Positions 25,732-32,000 of a DNA stretch of 32,000 nucleotides are shown here, piece by piece. This DNA comes from Alphaproteobacteria bacterium (GTDB lineage: Bacteria; Pseudomonadota; Alphaproteobacteria; Rs-D84), in the NCBI GenBank assembly GCA_017475605.1, contig JAFVFD010000004.1:30001-62000 (forward strand), written 5' to 3'. The translations under genes and the position numbers were made by a program. The notes under the pieces were generated by a model that worked only from the letters and a program-made list of their open reading frames with translations, had not been told where the DNA came from and did no database searches. Within the stretch, counting starts at the first letter, position 1. Every line of letters begins with the position of its first letter.

Positions 25732-27321
25732 GTGTTATTGTCCGCGAAACTTTATTGGTGTTTGCTTGCACTGCCATTGGTGGGGTGTGCGACCGTTCCA
25801 ACATCGGTTAACGACAATCGCCTTAATGGATACTCGCCGAAAATTACCCCGTCTGATTTTGATTACGACCCGATGACTACCCCGATTGCAAAATGTTATG
25901 CGACCGAACTGTCGCGGGGCGAAAATGTAAGTGGCGCAACATTAATCGATGACGGCACATCGGCATTTGTTGTACGGGCGGCATTTGCGCGCATGGCGAC
26001 CAAGACCATTGATTTACAAACCTATATTTACAGCAACGATTTAACATCCAAGGTTTTGATTGGTGAATTGAAAAACGCGGCTGATCGTGGGGTCAAGGTG
26101 CGCATTTTGTTGGACGATTATGGCACCAAATCTGATGTTGCGGATGTCATGTTGCTAAACCAGCACCCGAATATAGAAGTCAAGGTGTTCAACACCGTTC
26201 GCCGTCGTTCAAAATTGCTGTTTATGCCACAATTGTTCATGGACTTTAACCGCCTTAATTCGCGTATGCACAACAAATTATTCATTGTTGATAATATCGC
26301 ATACATTACTGGTGGCCGCAATATAGGCAGTAATTATTTCATGCCAGAAACATCTGCGAACTTTTCAGACACCGATGTTTTGTTTATTGGACCAATGACA
26401 CGCGATGCGACAAAATCGTTTAATGAATATTGGAATCACAAGTTGTCAATTCCGGCATCTGTATTTCCCAAGGCTAAATCAAAACACGCGATAAAAAAAC
26501 TGGAACGCAAATTTGCGGAAATAGAAAACAAAAGCGCAGAAGATGCCCGCCTTTATAACACCGCTATTTTGATGACCCAGCGGGCATTCAATCAAAAGAA
26601 AATTGGTTTCAGTTGGGGACGTGGACTTTTCCTGGCCGACCCACCGTCCAAGGTGGAAATGACTATGCGCGAAAAGGAAGAATACCGCGGCGAAATCGTT
26701 AAAAAGTTACAGGACCTTTGGGCACAAACGCGTGAATCAATATATGTTTCGGCGGCATATTTTGTACCCGGTGTAAATGGGCTGGAATATATGCTTAACG
26801 AAGAAAAGTCTGGCACCCATGTTACAATTGTAACCAATTCACTTTCGTCAACGAATGCCGCATCAGTATATGCAAAATGGGAAAAGTATCGTAAAAAATT
26901 GCTGGCATCGGGGGCTGATATTTATGAATTTATGTTGTCGGCGGAAAATCTGCGTGCGAAAAAATACGGTCGCGCACGCCAGGCACCTGTATTTTCGGTT
27001 CTGCACAGCAAATCTATTGTGTTTGACGACCGCATTTCGTGGATTGGCAGTTTTAATCTGGACCCACGCAGCGCATATTTCAACACTGAAAATGTCGCAA
27101 TATTTGAAAGTGCCGACTTTGCGCGCAAATTACGCGATATGATTATAGAAGACACAAAAACATCGTGGCATTTAACACTGGATGATAATGGCGATATTCA
27201 ATGGACCGGGCAACGCCAATTTGATACCACCCCACACACTTATTCACACAGCCCAGACACATCCTTATTCCGCAGAATATGGAAAAACATTTGTAAACTG
27301 ATGCCCGAAAAGTTTGTCTAG
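25732..27321 (+). CDS. phospholipase D / cardiolipin-synthase (ClsC-like) family lipoprotein
   Basis: Two HKD motifs (HNKLFIVDNIAYITGGRNIGSNYF and HSKSIVFDDRISWIGSFNLDPRS). Preferred start is GTG 25732, giving MLLSAKLYWCLLALPLVG|C (lipobox) after an AAGGA SD and a consensus promoter. The track start 25573 and ATG 25672 are in frame and cannot be excluded. Confidence 0.82.
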   Translation: MLLSAKLYWCLLALPLVGCATVPTSVNDNRLNGYSPKITPSDFDYDPMTTPIAKCYATELSRGENVSGATLIDDGTSAFVVRAAFARMATKTIDLQTYIYSNDLTSKVLIGELKNAADRGVKVRILLDDYGTKSDVADVMLLNQHPNIEVKVFNTVRRRSKLLFMPQLFMDFNRLNSRMHNKLFIVDNIAYITGGRNIGSNYFMPETSANFSDTDVLFIGPMTRDATKSFNEYWNHKLSIPASVFPKAKSKHAIKKLERKFAEIENKSAEDARLYNTAILMTQRAFNQKKIGFSWGRGLFLADPPSKVEMTMREKEEYRGEIVKKLQDLWAQTRESIYVSAAYFVPGVNGLEYMLNEEKSGTHVTIVTNSLSSTNAASVYAKWEKYRKKLLASGADIYEFMLSAENLRAKKYGRARQAPVFSVLHSKSIVFDDRISWIGSFNLDPRSAYFNTENVAIFESADFARKLRDMIIEDTKTSWHLTLDDNGDIQWTGQRQFDTTPHTYSHSPDTSLFRRIWKNICKLMPEKFV

Positions 27322-27650
27322 TGATGCGCAATCACATGTAAAATAACACTGGCAATAAATAACACTGTGATACATGCCAAAATTATTTTAGAAAAATTAT
27401 GGCTGTGTTCACCATGGCAGCGGTCGCATTCACAACCGCAATCACGCACCACCATTACCCAAGACAGCCCCAACATGCCGGCCGAAAACACAAACAACCA
27501 TGGTTCCAACCATTCAGGCATAATATGTGCATGCGCAAATTCCGGCGCAAAAAGCCCCACCACTGACAATACAATCGGCAATACGCAACAGAATAAATGT
27601 GGCAATAACGACGCAATAATCCCAATACGAACAGCTTTCTTTGACGACAT
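27318..27650 (-). CDS. small 3-TM membrane protein with MerT-like CC motif and Cys/His cluster (putative metal binding/transport)
   Basis: 110 aa from ATG 27650; the longer track ORF runs into the tRNA-Arg gene. First helix LLPHLFCCVLPIVLSVVG resembles the MerT CCxxPxVL motif. Loop DCGCECDRCHGEHSH. C-terminal ...IAHH. Confidence 0.55.
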   Translation of the reverse strand: MSSKKAVRIGIIASLLPHLFCCVLPIVLSVVGLFAPEFAHAHIMPEWLEPWLFVFSAGMLGLSWVMVVRDCGCECDRCHGEHSHNFSKIILACITVLFIASVILHVIAHH

Positions 27651-27671
27651 AAATACCCCCTTTTTGCACTT

Positions 27672-27747
27672 TGGTATCCCCAGCGGGAATCGAACCCACA
27701 TCAAGGGTTTAGGAAACCCCTATTCTATCCGGTTGAACTATGGGGAC
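27672..27747 (-). tRNA. tRNA-Arg (anticodon CCU), CCA encoded
   Basis: Manual cloverleaf on the minus strand: acceptor GTCCCCA/TGGGGAT (G1-U72), D arm GTTC-AACCGGATA-GAAT, anticodon arm GGGGT-TTCCTAA-ACCCT, T arm GTGGG-TTCGATT-CCCGC, A73, CCA. Confidence 0.88.
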
Positions 27748-27844
27748 AGTTTTTTATATTTTATTCGCCGATTTTAATATTGCAAGTTATAATCGCGCAG
27801 GTTATAATAAGCGCACAAAAAGGTATTTTCAAAAGGACGGAAAA

Positions 27845-28135
27845 ATGGCAACTATTACCAGAATTGATTTTGCAAACAGATTACGTGAACGCTTTGGCTT
27901 AACAACCGCAGATGCGGCAAAACTTGTCGATGTTATATTTGATGAAATACGCGAAGCGTTGATTAACGGCGAAGATGTTAAATTCGCGGGATTTGGAACC
28001 TTTAAAATATTAACGAAATCTGCGCGTATGGGTCGCAACCCCAAAACTGGTGCACCGGCGGTTATTTCTGCGCGTTGTGTCGCGACATTCCGCCCAAGTA
28101 ATGAATTTCGTGCACGTGTCGCAAACGGAAAATAA
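27845..28135 (+). CDS. ihfA: integration host factor alpha-like (IHF/HU family) DNA-binding protein
   Basis: 96 aa from the ATG after an AAGGA SD; the track ORF from 27740 overlaps the tRNA. ...VKFAGFGTFKILTKSARMGRNPKTGAPAVISARCVATFRPSNEFRARV fits IHF-alpha better than HU or IHF-beta. Confidence 0.8.
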   Translation: MATITRIDFANRLRERFGLTTADAAKLVDVIFDEIREALINGEDVKFAGFGTFKILTKSARMGRNPKTGAPAVISARCVATFRPSNEFRARVANGK

Positions 28136-28148
28136 AAAACACCATACA

Positions 28149-28180
28149 AAAAACACCGGTAAAGACCGGTGTTTTTTATT
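28149..28180. terminator. bidirectional rho-independent terminator
   Basis: AAAAA-CACCGG-TAAAGA-CCGGTG-TTTTTTATTT between convergent genes. Confidence 0.75.
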
Positions 28181-28757
28181 TGCTTTTTTCGTTTCGGTAC
28201 AGTGTATAAATTACTCCTATTTCCACCGAATGTTTATATGGTTCTGAATGCTTTTTATCATATACAATCTGGTTCTTGGATAAAATATAATCGCCATACA
28301 AACGCGTGTAGTTTCCTATTTGCCATATAAGACCAAGCGAATGGGTGTCCGTAAAACAACGCGATTTATCACTTGTGATATCCAGTGAATATCCCTTGGA
28401 TACGGCGAACACAACCCTGTCCCAGCCCACACCAAATTTAAACCCAAAACCAACACCATATGATTGAATGTTTTTATTGTTTATGTTTGTATTTGATACT
28501 GCACCACGCAGACCAATCATCGCCATACCACGAAAGCGGCTTTTCGAACCATGTACTTGCTCCAAAAAACCATAATTCACTGTGGTGCCAAAATTATATT
28601 TCCCGATTGGATTAATGGTATATGTTACCCCGCCACCAATAACCCTGTCTGAAAAAACATCCATATTAGAAATTGCCTGGCCACGCGCAGCCAACGGGGC
28701 AATTACCAAGCCCGCACCAACTATGGTTTTCAAAAGGTTTTGTTTTAATATTTTCAT
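28176..28757 (-). CDS. small secreted beta-barrel-like (OMP-like) protein, unknown family
   Basis: 193 aa. Signal peptide ...GAGLVIAPLAARGQA|I. Alternating Gly/aromatic strands (YGVGFGFKFGVGW). Lacks a terminal Phe. Starts 19 nt after the plsX stop, with no obvious SD. Confidence 0.55.
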   Translation of the reverse strand: MKILKQNLLKTIVGAGLVIAPLAARGQAISNMDVFSDRVIGGGVTYTINPIGKYNFGTTVNYGFLEQVHGSKSRFRGMAMIGLRGAVSNTNINNKNIQSYGVGFGFKFGVGWDRVVFAVSKGYSLDITSDKSRCFTDTHSLGLIWQIGNYTRLYGDYILSKNQIVYDKKHSEPYKHSVEIGVIYTLYRNEKSK

Positions 28758-28776
28758 AAAAATTGATGTGGTTTAA

Positions 28777-29841
28777 TTATTCCGCATCTGATTGTAATAA
28801 TGCGCGCACAGATGCAACCGCGGCCGCACGTTCCGCAATCATGCCATTAAGGTTGGCATGTGTTAAATCCGCCGCATATTTAATCGCATTAGCAAATGCC
28901 AGCGCATCACTGTTTCCATGCGTTTTGAACGAGAACCCGTTTAACCCCAAAAACGTTGCCCCCGCATAAGAACGCGGATCTATTTTATGTTTCAGACGTT
29001 TAAACACATGAACCAAGAAAAACGCACCAAGAATTGCCAAAATAGATTTCTTAAAGTTTTCAACAATAACGCGCTTGATTAACTTGGCTGTTCCTTCAAC
29101 GGTCTTTAATACGACATTACCTGTAAAACCATCGGTAACAACAACCTGGACAACACCGGCGGAAATATCGTTTGGTTCAACAAACCCGATATAATTATAC
29201 GGTAATTTATCCTTGTTTTCCGTCAGAATGTGATTCAGGTGTTGTAATGTTTCATTACCCTTGGTTTCTTCTTCACCGATATTTAATACACCAAGTTTTG
29301 GTTTTCGCATTTTGCCAATTTGTTCGGCATACACACTGCCTAAAATAGCGAAATCAAACAAGTTTTCCGCAGTACATTGGACATTAGCCCCCAAATCCAA
29401 CATAACCACACGATCATCACCCGCGCCACTGGGCAACATTGTTGTAATTGCCGGACGTGAAATACCATCAATTGTTTTCAATGCTAATTTAGACAACGAC
29501 ATTAACACACCGGTATTACCAGCACTAATAATCGCAGAACTTTTCCCTTCGCGAACATCTTTAATTGCCATATACATTGATGTATCCTGGGCATGGCGCA
29601 AAACTTCGCGTATTTTATCGGTACCACGAATAACATCTGGCGCATGAATGATTTCGCAATTACGTGCCACGCGCGGATATTTAGACAACAATTTACGCAA
29701 AACCCGTTCATCACCGAACACGCGAAAGAATAAATGTTCTTCGCCGTTTTGATAAAGGTATTGGTTCATTCCACCAAATACAGCGCGGGGGCCCTTGTCC
29801 CCACTCATTGCGTCAATTGCTATTATCTTTTTTTCTTGCAT
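28777..29841 (-). CDS. plsX: phosphate acyltransferase PlsX
   Basis: MQEKKIIAIDAMSGDKGP..., ...GNTGVLM..., ...LGLNGFSFKTHGNSD. ATG 29841 is preferred over the track GTG at 29877. Confidence 0.9.
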   Translation of the reverse strand: MQEKKIIAIDAMSGDKGPRAVFGGMNQYLYQNGEEHLFFRVFGDERVLRKLLSKYPRVARNCEIIHAPDVIRGTDKIREVLRHAQDTSMYMAIKDVREGKSSAIISAGNTGVLMSLSKLALKTIDGISRPAITTMLPSGAGDDRVVMLDLGANVQCTAENLFDFAILGSVYAEQIGKMRKPKLGVLNIGEEETKGNETLQHLNHILTENKDKLPYNYIGFVEPNDISAGVVQVVVTDGFTGNVVLKTVEGTAKLIKRVIVENFKKSILAILGAFFLVHVFKRLKHKIDPRSYAGATFLGLNGFSFKTHGNSDALAFANAIKYAADLTHANLNGMIAERAAAVASVRALLQSDAE

Positions 29842-29909
29842 GGTCGTATCAATAAAAAATGGCAGAACGGCACACACGCGCCCATTCTGCCGTTAAATGT
29901 GTTTGTTTA

Positions 29910-30059
29910 TTATTTCGCACCGCATGCTGGGCAAACATGATGTGGACGTTTCTTTTCGCCACATTTTTTACAAACACCGCATGGCATAACAGACAATGCG
30001 TCATGGCTGCGACGTTGTGCGGAACGAGCTTTACTTGTTTTACTTCTTGGCGTTGCCAT
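29910..30059 (-). CDS. rpmF: 50S ribosomal protein L32
   Basis: 49 codons, so absent from the >=60 aa track. MATPRSKTSKARSAQRRSHDALSVMPCGVCKKCGEKKRPHHVCPACGAK has the L32 N-terminal motif plus a CxxC...CxxC zinc ribbon. AAAGGA SD. Sits upstream of plsX as in the classic rpmF-plsX arrangement. Confidence 0.88.
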   Translation of the reverse strand: MATPRSKTSKARSAQRRSHDALSVMPCGVCKKCGEKKRPHHVCPACGAK

Positions 30060-30086
30060 TTTTCTATCCTTTTTTTACTGATTGCT

Positions 30087-30114
30087 ATTCTATAAAATTA
30101 TTATCCTTTTGCAA
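30087..30114 (-). promoter_or_regulatory. sigma70-type promoter TTGCAA-16-TAGAAT upstream of rpmF
   Basis: Minus strand: -35 at 30114-30109 and -10 at 30092-30087, about 28 nt before the rpmF ATG. Confidence 0.45.
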
Positions 30115-30122
30115 GGAAAACT

Positions 30123-30521
30123 TTATGCCGATATCACCTGGGCCACAAACATACCATGATTGTGTAATAATCCTACCACCGGTGTAAAATCATCAAATCC
30201 GATATAGAACTTGTAACCCGCTGCTTCTAAATTCTTTACCGTTTCCAATTTAAAATCAGCACTGGTGCCTGGATAATCATGTGGTTTACAAAAAACGCGT
30301 TTTTTTATATTCGGCAATAAACCGTCTATAAATGCCTCTACCTTTTGTTGCCCCATTGCCCAGCGACCTGTGATAAAAACGATGGTAAAATCACGACCCA
30401 ACGTCTCTAAAACACGCACCATATTCATATTTGGTTCGCCGAAACGGTCATAGTCTGCGATTGCCCATTTTTTAGCAACCACACCATCAATATCACAAAA
30501 AATTGCTGGTATTTCGTTCAT
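30123..30521 (-). CDS. small HAD-superfamily phosphatase (polynucleotide 3'-phosphatase / nucleotidase-like)
   Basis: 132 aa from ATG 30521 (AGGAA SD). The track ATG at 30551 lies inside the rpoC terminator loop. HAD motifs: I FCDIDGV, II FITGR, III K (CKPHD), IV GFDD. Confidence 0.65.
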   Translation of the reverse strand: MNEIPAIFCDIDGVVAKKWAIADYDRFGEPNMNMVRVLETLGRDFTIVFITGRWAMGQQKVEAFIDGLLPNIKKRVFCKPHDYPGTSADFKLETVKNLEAAGYKFYIGFDDFTPVVGLLHNHGMFVAQVISA

Positions 30522-30529
30522 GGTATTCC

Positions 30530-30561
30530 TAAAAATATGCCCGACCGACATGATCGGGCAT
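30530..30561 (-). terminator. rho-independent terminator after rpoC
   Basis: Minus strand ATGCCCGA-9 nt loop-TCGGGCAT followed by ATTTTT, about 18 nt after the rpoC stop. Confidence 0.65.
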
Positions 30562-30578
30562 ATTTGTTTTTGTTAGTC

Positions 30579-32000
30579 CTAGATGTTCATTAATTGCTGC
30601 TGTTCGCCACCTTCGCGCGCCAACTTTTCTGCCTTTTCTTCTTCTTTGGCAATTTGGCGTACACGACGAACATAGGCACCTGTTCCAATTGGTATCAAAC
30701 GACCAACGATTAAGTTTTCATTGATACCGACCAATTTATCGGTTGAACCCGAAATCGCGGCATCGACCAAAACCTTGGTTGTCTGTTGGAACGATGCGTT
30801 CGAAATAAATGAACGTGATGTGAGTGACGCACGTGTCAAACCGACCAAGACCTGTGATGCTTCGGCTACCTTGCCGCCATCGCGTGCGACACGCGCATTT
30901 TCTTCTTCAAAGTCAACGCGGTCAACAACCTGGCCCATAAGGAATCCTGTATCACCCGGATTAGTGATTTCAACACGACGTGTCATTTCACGAATCAAAA
31001 TTTCAATATGCTTGTCGTTGATGGACACACCCTGCAGACGATAAACCTGTTGGACTTGTTCGACCATAAACTGTGCCAATTCTTTCTGGCCCAAGATACG
31101 CAAAATATCCTGAGGCACCGGATCACCATCGACCAATTTATCCGCCTTTCTTACGACATCACCGCTGCGCACCAACAAGTTTGTACCCTTGGCCACCGCA
31201 TATTCAACCGGTGCGGAACCATCTTCTGGTTCGATACGGATAATAATTTTCGATTTAGAATCTTCCAATTCAACCGTACCATCAATTTCAGCCAAAATAG
31301 CCGGGTTAGATGGACGACGAACTTCCAACAATTCTTCAACACGTGGCAGACCGCCCGTAATATCGCTTGTACGTTTGGTTTGAACCGGAATACGTGCCAA
31401 AATATCGCCAGCCGCAACTTTATCACCGTTGGACACATTCAGTACAGAATATGTTGGTAACATATATTCGGCGATTTTCTTGCCACCCAAGGAAATAACA
31501 TTACCCTTTTCGTCGACCAATGTGATTGCTGGGCTTAATGCCTTCTTGGTATTTGTTTTCCAGTTGATAACCTTGCGCGAAACAATACCGGTCATAGAAT
31601 CAACTTCTTCTTGGAACGAAACATTTTCAACCAAGTCTTTGAATTGCGCGATACCGTCTTTTTCGGCGATAATCGTGTTAGAATATGGATCCCATTCTGC
31701 GACCTTTTCGCCCTTTTCAACCATATCACCATCGTTCTTGATTAACATAGATGCGTATGGTAATGCGCAACTGAACAACGTTGCCCCCTTGTCGTCAACA
31801 ACCGCGACTTCGCCGTTACGGCTAAGCACGACAACACGACCCGCTGAATTTGTAATGGTGTTAACACCAACCAATTTCAGTTTTCCGGCAACCGGCATTT
31901 CAATAAAGTGGCTTTCGGCACCACCGGACGCAATACCACCAATGTGGAACGTACGCAACGTCAACTGGGTACCTGGTTCACCAATGGATTGACCCGCGAT
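30579..32000 (-). CDS. rpoC: DNA-directed RNA polymerase subunit beta' (3' part; 5' end outside window)
   Basis: The frame is open to the window edge: ...IAGQSIGEPGTQLTLRTFHIGG... through ...NENLIVGRLIPIGTG.... The 'M' in the track is an internal TTG. Confidence 0.95.
   Translation of the reverse strand: MAGQSIGEPGTQLTLRTFHIGGIASGGAESHFIEMPVAGKLKLVGVNTITNSAGRVVVLSRNGEVAVVDDKGATLFSCALPYASMLIKNDGDMVEKGEKVAEWDPYSNTIIAEKDGIAQFKDLVENVSFQEEVDSMTGIVSRKVINWKTNTKKALSPAITLVDEKGNVISLGGKKIAEYMLPTYSVLNVSNGDKVAAGDILARIPVQTKRTSDITGGLPRVEELLEVRRPSNPAILAEIDGTVELEDSKSKIIIRIEPEDGSAPVEYAVAKGTNLLVRSGDVVRKADKLVDGDPVPQDILRILGQKELAQFMVEQVQQVYRLQGVSINDKHIEILIREMTRRVEITNPGDTGFLMGQVVDRVDFEEENARVARDGGKVAEASQVLVGLTRASLTSRSFISNASFQQTTKVLVDAAISGSTDKLVGINENLIVGRLIPIGTGAYVRRVRQIAKEEEKAEKLAREGGEQQQLMNI

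Noticed and set aside
27367-27777. 136-aa plus-strand ORF, and the N-terminal 18 codons of the 128-aa minus-strand ORF
   Set aside because: Both overlap the tRNA-Arg(CCU) gene. The plus ORF is antisense to the MerT-like gene. The minus ORF is better started at ATG 27650.
29859-30095. 78-aa plus-strand ORF
   Set aside because: It is antisense to the clear 49-codon rpmF (L32) gene, which the 60-aa cutoff hid.
31008-31992. 150-aa and 187-aa plus-strand ORFs
   Set aside because: They are antisense to the highly conserved rpoC coding sequence, so they are shadow ORFs.
1-32000. CRISPR arrays, cas genes, IS elements, toxin-antitoxin pairs, restriction-modification pairs
   Set aside because: I saw no spaced direct-repeat array, transposase or terminal inverted repeats, small adjacent overlapping gene pair of TA type, or DNA methyltransferase motifs in any frame I inspected.

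Overview
This is a chromosomal segment from a diderm (Gram-negative) bacterium, moderately AT-rich and dominated by housekeeping and cell-envelope genes. The gene content (olsB-olsA ornithine-lipid genes, an ihfA-like gene, rpmF-plsX, several beta-barrel outer-membrane proteins (OMPs) ending in Phe) suggests a proteobacterial, possibly alphaproteobacterial, lineage. I cannot place it more precisely from sequence alone. I call 32 coding regions. Two are cut by the window edges: a Cys-rich exoprotein on the left and rpoC on the right. Two are absent from the >=60 aa ORF track: rpmF and a 36-codon membrane ORF. I also call 2 tRNAs (Thr-UGU, Arg-CCU), about a dozen rho-independent terminators and several near-consensus sigma70-type promoters. 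I saw no rRNA, CRISPR array, transposase, integrase or prophage genes. Items most worth a second look: (1) a monocistronic 350-aa protein between tRNA-Thr and cvpA, with an N-terminal zinc-ribbon HNH nuclease motif and about 280 aa of unrecognisable sequence, which is a candidate single-gene defence or modification-dependent nuclease; (2) an A10 tract at the stop codon of a periplasmic CPHC oxidoreductase, after which a perfect TM helix is encoded in the +1 frame; (3) three large secreted Cys-rich proteins of unknown function, one in an operon with a beta-barrel OMP and one with a eukaryote-like Cys repeat; (4) an orphan mraZ detached from the dcw cluster, with phased direct repeats in a 383-bp upstream region. 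All functional calls rest on motifs I recognise by eye. No database search was possible.
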